Source of the DNA: Planctomycetota bacterium
Lineage (GTDB): Bacteria > Planctomycetota > UBA1135 > UBA2386
DNA: 64,000 nucleotides
Assembly (NCBI GenBank): GCA_016872675.1
Contig: VGZG01000001.1
Span: 10,770-74,769 of the forward strand
Direction of reading: 5' to 3'
Shown: in pieces, positions 55,594-64,000 of the stretch
How the letters are laid out: each line of letters begins with the position of its first letter
Position numbering within the stretch: the stretch's first letter is position 1
The notes under the pieces: generated by a model
The model's input: only the letters and a program-made list of their open reading frames with translations
Databases searched by the model: none
Told to the model about the DNA's origin: nothing
Translations under genes and position numbers: made by a program

Positions 55594-58536
55594 TCACTTG
55601 CGACGCCACTCTGGCAGCAGCGTCGCCGCCTCGGCGGCGGCCGGCGCGCCCGCCGTCTCGCGGCCGATGCGCTCGAGCAGCGCCACGGCGCGCATGTCGT
55701 CCCCCAAGCCCTTGCGCAAGCGAGCCGCCCGCAGCCACAAGGCGGCGCGTTCGGCCGCGTCACCGGCAGCGTCCGGCCGCTCGCCGCCGCCGAGCACGAA
55801 CCTTCGGTCGAACTCCAGCAGCACCGCCGGCGCGACCTCGAATTCGCGCGCCGCATCGACCAGCTTGCCAAGGGCCTCGTACGCATCGCCGAGCCGGACG
55901 TGCAGCTCGCGATGGAACGGATCGATGCGGTTGCATTCGACGAGGTAGCGCGCTTCCTCGCGGCGGTCGCCCGCCTCGCGCGCCGCCGTCGCCAGCTCGT
56001 AGCGCGGCGCAAACGCGCGCGCCGAACGGCGGCAGTAGGCCTTGGTCTCGGCGAGCGCCTTGTCGGTCTCGTCGCGCTCGCGATGGAGCCGCGCCAGCAG
56101 CAGTTCCGGCGCGCTGCCGACCTCGGTGCACGCCGGCCAGCACGCCTTGGCCGCCTCCCACTGCGCGATCGCGCCCTTCTGGTCCTCGCGCGCCAGCAGC
56201 GCCTTGCCGCAGGCGATGCGCGAGTCGAAGTCGTCGGCGCCGCCAGCGAAGGCCTTCTCCCAGCACGCCACCGCCTCGTCAACGTCGCCGCGGCGCCGCA
56301 GCAGCTCGGCCCGCGCCAGCAGCACGCGGGGCGCATCAGGGGCAATGCGCACGGCCTCGGCGAGCCACCGCCCGGCGTCGACCGGATTGTCGCGCTGTAG
56401 ACAGCCCCACGCGAGGTCGATGCGAACGTCAGCGTTGCGCGACTCCTTCGTGGCTTGCGCGGCGAGGCGCGCCATCGCGTCCTGGTCGGGCCGCTTCTGT
56501 AGCCGCATGCCGGCCAACTTCTCCTGCTCGATCCACGCCAGGAACTCGGCGTCGAAGCGGCGCGAAGGCATGCCGAGCGCCTTCTCGAACGCCTCCTCGG
56601 TGTCGAGATCCTCGGCGAACGCGCGCAGCAGCTCCAGCGCCTTGGCGAAGCCGTGCTTCTGCGCGATCCACTCGACGATCAGGCCGCCCTGGTAGTAGCC
56701 GAACAGGATGCGAGGACCGCGGAACAGGCGGTTGAGCAGGTGGACCGGCGGGATGTCGCGATTGTGGAAGGCGTCGAACAGCTCGCGGTCCATGCCGCGC
56801 TCCCACGACGGGTCGCGCGCCCGCTCCTCGTAGACCGAGAAGCCCTCGGTCAGCCAACGCGGCACGCGGTTGTCACTGACGCCGAGCGTCAGCACGTGCG
56901 CGTACTCGTGCCACGCCGTCGCCTCCCACATGAAGTCGTTGCGGCGCAGGTCGGCGTCGACCGGCGAAACCAGCGTGATCAGGCGCCCGAAGCAGACGCC
57001 GAGCGCGGTGAAGCCGCGGAAGCCGATCGTGCGCACCGAGAAGTCGTCCCACGTGCGCAGCACCTCGATGCGCGTCGTGTCCTTGGGCCGCCACCCGTAC
57101 TTGGCGCCAAGAACTTCGGCCGCCTCGAGCTGGATCGGCAACAGGTAGGACTGCAGGACTTCGCTGTCCTGGCGGTGCAGTTGCACCTCGAACGGGCCGC
57201 TGGCGACCGTCACGTACTCGTCGTCGAGCAGGCGCTGGACCGCCAGCGCGTTGTTGCGCCACGGGTCGACCAGGCCGTCGGACAACTGCTTGGCGCGCTC
57301 GAGCAGCGCGCGCGCCTGCGCGCCGTCGCCAGTGCACACCAGGGCCTTGGCCATGCCCTGCAGCGTCGGCACGTCGTCGGGCGCCGCCTGCCGCGCGGCG
57401 GCGAAGAACGGCAATGCGTCGGCGAAGCGGTACAGCGCGCACAGATGCTCGGCCAGCACGCGGTCGCACTCGTGCCAACCCGGATCGCCAGCCAACGCGC
57501 GGGCGCGGAACGCCTGCCAGCCGGCCTCGTCCTTCAGCAGCCATGCGGCGGCGGCACGGTGGCAAAGCGCATCGCGGTCGTTGGGATCGATGGCCAGCGC
57601 CTCGTCGAACATGCGCGCGGCGTCGCGATAGCGCCGATCGTTTAGCACGGTGGCAGCGCGCTCGACCAGGGCCGGCACGCAGCGCTCGTTGCGCGCCAGC
57701 ACTCGCTGGAGGAACTGTTCGGTCTTGCCAGCGTCGAGCACCATGTTGCCGCTGCGTATGCGGTACATCGCCAGCAGCGCCTCTTCGTCGTCGACCTGCG
57801 CGGCGAGCGCCGCCTTGAAGTCCTTCTCGCCGCTCGGGAAGCCGCTGGCCTCGCCGTACGCCTCGAACTTGCACAGGCCCAGAGTGACGCGGGCTTCGCG
57901 CTGCTCGGGCTCGAGGTCGAGGGCGGCGACGAGCGCGCGGCTGGCGGCCTCGAGGTTGCGGCGGCCACCGAGCCGGTGCAACGAACGGCCGCGGAAGGCG
58001 TGGCCGCGCGCGTCCTTCGCCTCGGCGTCGGCGTTGGCCTGCCAGAGCCAGCGCGCCGCGGCGCGCTGGCCATCGGCCCAAAGCGCCACACCGAGCAGGT
58101 GCCGCGCCTCGAAGTCGTCCGGCTGCCGGTCGGCCAGCGCGCGCAGCAACGTCGCGGCGGCGCCTTGGTCGCCGACGCGCCGCAGCGCCTCGCTGCGCAA
58201 CAGCACGGCCTCGCGACGGTCGCGAAGGGCCGGATCGGCTTTGGCGATCGCGTCGCGCACCGACTCGTAGCGGCCGCGCCGCAGTTCGAGCTGCCAAAGC
58301 GACAAGTTGGCGGCGGCGACTAGGTCGAGCGGCCGATCCTTCTCGTCCTGCTCGGCCAGCGCGTCGAACAGTTCGTCGAGTTGCGCTTCGGCCGCCGACC
58401 ACTCGCCGCGGCGCAGCTTTTTCTGCGCCGCCTGCAACAGCGCGCCCAGGTCCTCGGGCGCGTCCTGCGCCGGCGCGGCGACGGCGATGAGGGCCGCGAA
58501 CGCGGCAAGGAGCAGCGAAGCCGGACGGCGGATCAT
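55594..58536 (-). CDS. Secreted TPR-repeat protein with embedded MA-clan zinc metallopeptidase domain
   Basis: Track ORF 55594..58689 trimmed to MIRRPASLLLAAFAALIAVAAPAQ. The central motif is WHEYAHVLTLGVSDNRVPRWLTEGFSVYEE (HExxH plus a downstream Glu). It is flanked on both sides by TPR-like helical repeats. The protein is 980 aa. Confidence 0.8.
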   Translation of the reverse strand: MIRRPASLLLAAFAALIAVAAPAQDAPEDLGALLQAAQKKLRRGEWSAAEAQLDELFDALAEQDEKDRPLDLVAAANLSLWQLELRRGRYESVRDAIAKADPALRDRREAVLLRSEALRRVGDQGAAATLLRALADRQPDDFEARHLLGVALWADGQRAAARWLWQANADAEAKDARGHAFRGRSLHRLGGRRNLEAASRALVAALDLEPEQREARVTLGLCKFEAYGEASGFPSGEKDFKAALAAQVDDEEALLAMYRIRSGNMVLDAGKTEQFLQRVLARNERCVPALVERAATVLNDRRYRDAARMFDEALAIDPNDRDALCHRAAAAWLLKDEAGWQAFRARALAGDPGWHECDRVLAEHLCALYRFADALPFFAAARQAAPDDVPTLQGMAKALVCTGDGAQARALLERAKQLSDGLVDPWRNNALAVQRLLDDEYVTVASGPFEVQLHRQDSEVLQSYLLPIQLEAAEVLGAKYGWRPKDTTRIEVLRTWDDFSVRTIGFRGFTALGVCFGRLITLVSPVDADLRRNDFMWEATAWHEYAHVLTLGVSDNRVPRWLTEGFSVYEERARDPSWERGMDRELFDAFHNRDIPPVHLLNRLFRGPRILFGYYQGGLIVEWIAQKHGFAKALELLRAFAEDLDTEEAFEKALGMPSRRFDAEFLAWIEQEKLAGMRLQKRPDQDAMARLAAQATKESRNADVRIDLAWGCLQRDNPVDAGRWLAEAVRIAPDAPRVLLARAELLRRRGDVDEAVACWEKAFAGGADDFDSRIACGKALLAREDQKGAIAQWEAAKACWPACTEVGSAPELLLARLHRERDETDKALAETKAYCRRSARAFAPRYELATAAREAGDRREEARYLVECNRIDPFHRELHVRLGDAYEALGKLVDAAREFEVAPAVLLEFDRRFVLGGGERPDAAGDAAERAALWLRAARLRKGLGDDMRAVALLERIGRETAGAPAAAEAATLLPEWRRK

Positions 58537-58616
58537 GACCAGGGACGATACTGCGGCGGGGCGGCGATGCGGTCGCCGTTCCTGGCAGCGCCCGCCTCGC
58601 CTAGAGTGGGCCGCGC

Positions 58617-59234
58617 ATGGCGGACACCCAAGCGGAGTACTACCGCGGCCTCGAGGCCGGCGGCCGCGCGGTTGCCGCTGTGGCGCCACCTGGCGACCCG
58701 GTCGCGCTGGCGGCGGCCGCGCACGCTGCTGGCGTCGAGCTGTTCGCCGCGACCGTCGACGCGCCGCCGCGCGCCTGCGCCGCCGGCTGCGCGCACTGCT
58801 GCCGCTTCCCCGTCGGCGTGCGTTTTGGCGAAGCGCTGCGGCTCGCGCGCGTGATCGCTGCGACGCCAGCGCTGGCCGACGCCATGCGGGCGGACGCGGC
58901 CGCGACTGCAGGCTTCGCCTGGGAACAACTGGTCGGCCGACCGTGTCCGCTGCTGCGCGACGAGCGATGCGCGACCTACGACGAGCGCCCGATGCCGTGC
59001 CGCGCGCTCGCCAGCGCCGACGCCACAGCCTGCCACGAAGCCCTCACCGGCGCGCTGCGCGGCCCCTTGCCGCGCGACGAGGCGGCGTGGTTTCGCGGCC
59101 TTGGGCTCGCCGCCGCGCTCGATGGCGCGTCGGTCGCTGGCGTGCGTGAACTGCGCAGTGCCGTCGCCGCCGTGTTGACCGCAGACGCCAGCGCCGCCGC
59201 CACTGCCTTCCTGGCCAGCCGGCCGGCGCCGTGA
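58617..59234 (+). CDS. YkgJ-family cysteine-cluster protein (CxxCxxCC)
   Basis: 205-aa ORF with CAAGCAHCC followed by later Cys residues (RPCPLL, RCATY, PCRAL). It is divergent from the TPR-peptidase gene across an 80-nt spacer. Confidence 0.65.
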   Translation: MADTQAEYYRGLEAGGRAVAAVAPPGDPVALAAAAHAAGVELFAATVDAPPRACAAGCAHCCRFPVGVRFGEALRLARVIAATPALADAMRADAAATAGFAWEQLVGRPCPLLRDERCATYDERPMPCRALASADATACHEALTGALRGPLPRDEAAWFRGLGLAAALDGASVAGVRELRSAVAAVLTADASAAATAFLASRPAP

Positions 59235-59266
59235 AATTAGCGGCGCTCGTGCCGCGGAGCTGACTC

Positions 59267-59665
59267 CTACCCGAGTTCCTCGAACGCCGCGATCCTCTCG
59301 CGCCACAGCGCCGGGATCGGACACGGCTTGAGATCGGCATCGACGAACACCAGCGCCACCGTCGCCGTCACCAAGACCTGCTCGCCGGCGCGCACCTCGT
59401 AGTCCATGTCGAAGCTCGACGTGCCGAGCCGGCTCGTGCGCGCAGCGACCTCGACGCGCATGCCCAACCGCCCGGGGCGCAGGAACTTGACGTTCGCTTC
59501 GGCGAGCACGAACGGCACCGCGTGGTCGTCCATCAACCCGAGGTGCGTGAAGTACAGGTAGCGCGCCTGCTCCAGCAGGCTCAGGTAGGTGGCGTTGTTG
59601 ACCACGCCGGCGCTGTCGACGTCGACCCAGCGCAGCGGCACCTCGGCGGCGAACCGGTAGAGCAT
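59267..59665 (-). CDS. Acyl-CoA thioesterase (hotdog fold, 4HBT/YbgC-like)
   Basis: Track ORF trimmed to MLYRFAAEVPLRWVDVDSAGVVNNATYLSLLEQAR. GGAGG lies 9 nt upstream of this ATG. The protein is 132 aa. Confidence 0.8.
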   Translation of the reverse strand: MLYRFAAEVPLRWVDVDSAGVVNNATYLSLLEQARYLYFTHLGLMDDHAVPFVLAEANVKFLRPGRLGMRVEVAARTSRLGTSSFDMDYEVRAGEQVLVTATVALVFVDADLKPCPIPALWRERIAAFEELG

Positions 59666-59787
59666 GGGCCCCATCCTCCGCGCCGAAGACCGCGCGCGCC
59701 ACCTCCCCGCCGGTGGCATCGGCCGGTCGGCGACGGGAGGGTTGCGCGCTGCCGACCGTTGCGATTCCCTAAGCGAAGTCCACCCCC

Positions 59788-61227
59788 ATGCGCCTTCCGT
59801 ACCGCCTCCTCGGCCTGTCCCTGCTGCTGCCGTCGCTCATCCAATCGGCTCGTCCGCAGGGCGGCCCGGGCCTCGTCGGCCGCAGTTCGCCGCTGCAGGT
59901 GGTCGAGCCCGACGAGAGCGACAAAGACCTGCGCACGACGCCAGTGGTCCGCGCCGTGCAGCGCGCCGCCGACTCAGTGGTCAGCATCTACCTGCAGAAC
60001 CAGCTGGCCGGCCGCGAGCCGCGCACCGAGGGCCAAGGTTCCGGCGTGATCCTCGACGCCTCTGGCCTCGTCATCACCAACTGGCACGTCGTCGCCACCA
60101 TCGTGCTCGGCGGCGACAGCCTCGAGGTCGAGGTCAAGTTGCGCGACGGCCGCTCGCGGCCGGCCCGCGTGCTGTCGTCGTCCGCCAAGCGCGACCTCGC
60201 CCTGCTACAGCTCCGGCTGCAGACCGACGACACGCTTAAGCCGATCGAGATCGGCCGCTCCGGCGACCTGATGGTCGGCGAGACCGTCATCGCCATCGGC
60301 AACCCGCAGGGCCACGCCAACACCGTGACCAGCGGCGTGCTGTCGGCGATCGACCGCTCGATCCGTGTGCGCACGCCCGACGGCGCCGTGCGCGAGTACA
60401 CCGGCCTACTGCAGACCGACGCCGCGATCAACCAGGGCAACAGCGGCGGCGCCCTGCTCGACATCACCGGCCGCCTCGTCGGCATCAATAGCGCCATGGC
60501 GGCTGGCGCTGAGAACATCGGCTTCGCCATCCCGATGGACACCGTGCGCGCCGAGTTCCAGCGCGAGTTGCTACAGAGCGGCAGCTTTGCCGCTAGTGAG
60601 GACGCAGCATGGCTCGGCATGGAGGTCGCCGATCGCGACGGCGCCGTCTTCGTCGAGAAGGTGATCGCCGGCGGCCCGGCCGCCGCCGCCGGCGTGCAGG
60701 CCGGCGACGCCCTCGCGCGCGTCGGCGACGTCGAGATCCGCTCTTCGATCGACTACCTACGGCAGGTCTTCGAAGCCCGCGCCGACGCGCCGGTGCTGCT
60801 GCTGCTGCGCCGCGCCGGCCGCGACGTGCGCGCAACCGCGCAGCGGCTGACAAGAACGCAGTGGCTACTGCAATCGACCATCGGCGCGCTGGCCGTGCAG
60901 GTCGACGTCGAGGCAGACCGCGAGTTCGTGCGCAAGGCGTCGCGGGCCTTCTGTCGCGGCGCCGGACTGCGGCGCGTGCAACTGTTCCCGGCGGTCGTGC
61001 GCCTGGACCGCATCGACCCGGACGGACCGGCTGCCGCCATCGGCCTAGCCGCTGGCGACGTCGTGCTGTCGGTGTTCGTGCGCCAAGCCATCGGCGAACG
61101 CGAGCTGCCAGTCACTTCGCTGCCCGACCTCGCTCGGCTGCTCGACGCCAACCGCGGCCGTAGTCTCAAGGTGTCGCTCCTGCGCGGCGACGAAAACCTC
61201 GTTGGCACGATCGAAGTGCGGCGCTGA
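59788..61227 (+). CDS. HtrA/DegP-family serine protease with two PDZ-like domains
   Basis: 479-aa ORF with a signal peptide. The catalytic triad contexts are TNWHVV, DLALLQL and GNSGGALLD. The first PDZ is FVEKVIAGGPAAAAGVQAGDALARVGDVEI. Confidence 0.9.
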   Translation: MRLPYRLLGLSLLLPSLIQSARPQGGPGLVGRSSPLQVVEPDESDKDLRTTPVVRAVQRAADSVVSIYLQNQLAGREPRTEGQGSGVILDASGLVITNWHVVATIVLGGDSLEVEVKLRDGRSRPARVLSSSAKRDLALLQLRLQTDDTLKPIEIGRSGDLMVGETVIAIGNPQGHANTVTSGVLSAIDRSIRVRTPDGAVREYTGLLQTDAAINQGNSGGALLDITGRLVGINSAMAAGAENIGFAIPMDTVRAEFQRELLQSGSFAASEDAAWLGMEVADRDGAVFVEKVIAGGPAAAAGVQAGDALARVGDVEIRSSIDYLRQVFEARADAPVLLLLRRAGRDVRATAQRLTRTQWLLQSTIGALAVQVDVEADREFVRKASRAFCRGAGLRRVQLFPAVVRLDRIDPDGPAAAIGLAAGDVVLSVFVRQAIGERELPVTSLPDLARLLDANRGRSLKVSLLRGDENLVGTIEVRR

Positions 61228-61281
61228 CCGATTGCGCGCGGCGCGTTCAGCGCCACGCCCATCGCTCGCCTTCCCAGGCGC

Positions 61282-61740
61282 TCAGTCAGCCCACTCGCTG
61301 CCAAACCACGTGCCGCCGTTGTCGAGCCAACGGCGGAAGCTGTCGTGGTACGGCGCCGTCAGTTCGACGCGCATCTCGCGCGCGTCCATCCAGCGCACGG
61401 CCAAGACCTCATGGCCGGCCTGCGGTTCGCCGCCTTCGACGTCAACCGCGAAGAAGAACGAGCGCCAGGCGTAAGCCGGCCGGCTGCGCCGCCGCCGCCG
61501 GCCATCCTGCACGAACAGGAACTGCGGCGTGCCGCGCACGCTGAGGCCGGTTTCCTCGCGCAGTTCGCGCGCCAGCGCTTCGTGCAGCAACTCGCCGGTC
61601 TCGACGCGACCGCCCGGTAGGTCCCATGTGCGCGTCAGGGCGCCGCCGATCCGGCGCTCGTTGCCGACGAACAGCGTGCGCTCGCCGCGGCGAACGACGC
61701 CGAACACGCCTAGGAAGTCAGCTCGCGACAGATCGGTCAT
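61282..61740 (-). CDS. NUDIX hydrolase
   Basis: Track ORF trimmed to MTDLSRADFLGV. The Nudix box is GGRVETGELLHEALARELREETGL. Confidence 0.82.
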   Translation of the reverse strand: MTDLSRADFLGVFGVVRRGERTLFVGNERRIGGALTRTWDLPGGRVETGELLHEALARELREETGLSVRGTPQFLFVQDGRRRRRSRPAYAWRSFFFAVDVEGGEPQAGHEVLAVRWMDAREMRVELTAPYHDSFRRWLDNGGTWFGSEWAD

Positions 61741-61780
61741 GGCACGACGGCGGCCCCGGCCGCCGGCGCGCAGGATCGCA

Positions 61781-62518
61781 TCACTGCGCCTGCCGGTCCA
61801 TGGCGAAGACGCCGCCGCCAATCAGCGTGCCGGCGGCAAAGACGCCATACTGGCCGGCCTCGACGCGCAACGGGCCGTATTGGCCATCGCCCTGCGCGCG
61901 CAGCGCGCCATCCGCGCTCTCGAAGAACACGCGATAGCCCGCGTCGTTGAATTCGTCGGCGTACCCGACGACCGCCACGCTCGGCTGGTCGACGGCGACG
62001 ATGGTGCCGGCGAGGCGCAGCACGCCCGACTCCAAGGTCATCTGCAGTTCGAGCGTGAACGGCAGCGGCAGAGCGCCTTCGCGGTACAGCGCGCCCGACC
62101 AGACACCGCTGAGGTCGACGATCACCGGCAAGGTGCGGATCCGGGTCGCCTGCCAGGAGCCGACGTCCGCGGCGCATGCGTAGGTGCCGATCATCGCGCT
62201 GGGCGCTGTGACCTCGCCGTTGAGCACTTGCTGGCCGCCGATGTGGGCTGTGAAGGCCGCGGGCGCCATCTGCAGCAGGAATGACATGCCGTCGATGCAC
62301 GGCAGGTCAGTCGCGATATGCAGGACCACCTCGCCGGCGAATTCCTGCACGCGCATGGTCAACTCGCCCGTCACGTCGCCGGCCGACGACGTCCACAGAC
62401 CGGTCCACTCACCGGCCAACGCCGGTGGCACGACCGTCGATTGCGACGGCATGTTGGTAGTGATCTCGCCGCAGGCGGCGGCCAGCACGAGCAGGAGGAC
62501 GGTGAAGAAGCGAGTCAT
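61781..62518 (-). CDS. Hypothetical lipoprotein with two lipocalin-like half-domains
   Basis: 245-aa ORF with the lipobox LLLVLAAAC. Two segments each open with a GxWxGxW-type motif (LAGEWTGLWTS... and LSGVWSGALY...). Its ATG overlaps the glycosyltransferase stop (ATGA). Confidence 0.65.
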   Translation of the reverse strand: MTRFFTVLLLVLAAACGEITTNMPSQSTVVPPALAGEWTGLWTSSAGDVTGELTMRVQEFAGEVVLHIATDLPCIDGMSFLLQMAPAAFTAHIGGQQVLNGEVTAPSAMIGTYACAADVGSWQATRIRTLPVIVDLSGVWSGALYREGALPLPFTLELQMTLESGVLRLAGTIVAVDQPSVAVVGYADEFNDAGYRVFFESADGALRAQGDGQYGPLRVEAGQYGVFAAGTLIGGGVFAMDRQAQ

Positions 62519-63690
62519 GTCGGCGCTTCGGCGCTGTCGCGTCTATCGACCGCGCCGCACGCCCGGCTGGTGCCAGCTTGGCGATAGATCGCCAGCAGGC
62601 GGTCGGCGACGGCGTCGGGACGGCAGACGTCGGCCAGTGGGCCTGCCAACGCGCCATGGGGCCGGCGCGTCGCGGCCACCATGGCCGCCGCCAGACCAGC
62701 GCCGCCGGTCCCCTCTCGGGCCAGTTCCCCCGCCGCGGCGGCGAGCGCATCGCTCGTTCCCGGAACGTCGAACCCAGCCACGGGCACGCCCGCGCGCGCG
62801 GCTTCGACGGCCACCAGCGGCAAGCCTTCGCGCTGGCTCGGCACGACGAGGCAGTCGTAGGCCCCGAGCAACTGTGCGACGTCCGGGCGCGAACCGAGGA
62901 AGCGGACGTTGGGTGGCGCGGCAGCCGCGAGCTCCGCCTGCAGCGGTCCGCTGCCGATCACGTCGCCGCGCCAGGTCGGCTGCGCCCGCAGCGCGTCGAG
63001 GAACAGCCGCACGCGCTTGATCGGCACGAGCCGACCAACGCAGACGGCGACCGGGCCGTCGACAGGCAGGCCGAGCGCGACGCGCGACGCCGCGCGCGAC
63101 AGCGGCGTTTCGACCGGCACGGCCGGCGGCACGACGGCAAAGCGCGCCCGCGGCGCGATGCCTAGCGCGGCGAGTTCATCGGCGCACGACGCGCTGACGG
63201 CGACCAACGCATGGGTCGCGGCCGCGAGCCGCCGTTCGAGCCGAGCCAACGCCCAACCGACCGGCCGCGGGAAGTAGTCGGCCAGCACATGGCCGTGGAA
63301 GGTGTGCACGACCATGACACCGCAGCCGCGCACGGCGAGCCGGCCGAGCCAACCCGCCTTGCTGGTGTGCGTGTGCACGACATCGGGCCGCCAGCCGCGC
63401 GCCAACGCCCGCAGCCGCCGGTACGCGGCGACATCGCGCCACGGCGCGATGCCGCGGCGCAGTTCGGGCAGCGCGAGCCAGCCGCCTCCCATCGCGCCGG
63501 CGAGCGCTGCGGCGAAGTCGATCCGCGGCACGCCGTGGGCGTCCGGTCGCAGTTCCTGTTCGCCGGGCGGCACCACGCCGGTGACCAGCAGGGTCGTGAC
63601 GCCGCGGGCGGCCATCGCATGCCAGAGCGCGATCGCTTGCCGCGTCGGCCCGCCCTCGTTGGGCCGCGTCAACACGCGCATCACGCGCAT
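62515..63690 (-). CDS. Glycosyltransferase family 4 (GT-B)
   Basis: 391-aa ORF beginning MRVMRVLTRPNEGGP..., with VHTHTSKAGWLG and the C-terminal motif VVPSQREGLPLVAVEAARAGVPV (the EX7E region). Confidence 0.85.
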   Translation of the reverse strand: MRVMRVLTRPNEGGPTRQAIALWHAMAARGVTTLLVTGVVPPGEQELRPDAHGVPRIDFAAALAGAMGGGWLALPELRRGIAPWRDVAAYRRLRALARGWRPDVVHTHTSKAGWLGRLAVRGCGVMVVHTFHGHVLADYFPRPVGWALARLERRLAAATHALVAVSASCADELAALGIAPRARFAVVPPAVPVETPLSRAASRVALGLPVDGPVAVCVGRLVPIKRVRLFLDALRAQPTWRGDVIGSGPLQAELAAAAPPNVRFLGSRPDVAQLLGAYDCLVVPSQREGLPLVAVEAARAGVPVAGFDVPGTSDALAAAAGELAREGTGGAGLAAAMVAATRRPHGALAGPLADVCRPDAVADRLLAIYRQAGTSRACGAVDRRDSAEAPT

Positions 63691-63777
63691 GAAGGCACCG
63701 ATGCGTTGACGGTTCCTGGGACGGTCCTCATCGCGGCCGCATCATGAGCGGCGGCCGCGGCGGCGTCACGGGACGAC

Positions 63778-64000
63778 CTACAGCATCTTGAGCAGGTACA
63801 GGTGCCAGCTGAGCAGCGCCGAATAGCTGAGCAACACCGCCCACAGGCCGTAACGCGCAGCAGTGAAGTTGCGCGTCATGGTCAGGAACATGCACGCTGC
63901 GCCGATGCCGAGCGTCTTCAGGACGACGAATGGCCACGGGTGCGACCCGAGGTCGAGCACGTACTGCACCAGTGGGTTCATCTCCTTGCCGCCGTACGAC
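63778..64000 (-). CDS. Small membrane protein (DUF5658-like), probably 5'-truncated by the window edge
   Basis: The track ORF is 63778..63981. The frame stays open upstream to the window end and reads ...SYGGKEMNPLVQYVLDLGSHPWPFVVLKTLGIG. The G..E.NPL motif normally sits inside this family, not at the N-terminus. Confidence 0.5.
   Translation of the reverse strand, partial: SYGGKEMNPLVQYVLDLGSHPWPFVVLKTLGIGAACMFLTMTRNFTAARYGLWAVLLSYSALLSWHLYLLKML

Overview
This is a very GC-rich (roughly 70% by eye, not computed) 64-kb chromosomal segment with almost continuous coding. I call 52 protein-coding genes (two cut by the window edges), one possible decayed gene, a few GC-rich hairpins and one AT-rich intergenic island. 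I saw no rRNA, tRNA, CRISPR array, integrase, transposase or phage gene. The gene content suggests a Planctomycetota/PVC-type genome (inference only): a DUF1549/DUF1553 + DUF1501 pair, a Minf_1886-family protein, a Tat-signal Gfo/Idh/MocA oxidoreductase, a DUF1573-like lipoprotein and many secreted repeat proteins. Recognisable housekeeping genes are dnaK, cysS, selB, msrB, clpS, tmk, holB, a DnaA-family gene, arginase, phosphomannomutase, threonine aldolase and an HtrA protease. There is also a sugar ABC uptake locus and an ABC-2/GldG/DUF4340 operon. Ten adjacent gene pairs share 4-nt ATGA/GTGA start-stop overlaps. Nothing resembles a classical defence island or mobile element. The best candidates for undescribed biology are: (1) a three-gene cassette at 14.3-18.1 kb (poly-acidic single-pass membrane protein, Zn-ribbon protein, secreted HEAT-vWA protein); (2) tandem sortilin/VPS10-like Asp-box propellers at 24.4-30.5 kb, one carrying an inserted PDZ domain; (3) a DUF1549/1553-DUF1501-toroid-beta-barrel cluster at 2.7-9.1 kb; (4) a DUF1573-like lipoprotein coupled to a degenerate-phosphatase::tetraheme cytochrome next to a Tat oxidoreductase at 45.6-49.6 kb; (5) an RsbW-like kinase / GAF-PP2C / receiver operon with no STAS partner; (6) a divergent DnaA-family gene coupled to tmk-holB; (7) selB with no other selenium genes in view, next to a 480-bp gap that carries a two-frame coding signal. 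All family assignments come from reading the translated sequences by eye. No database search was run.
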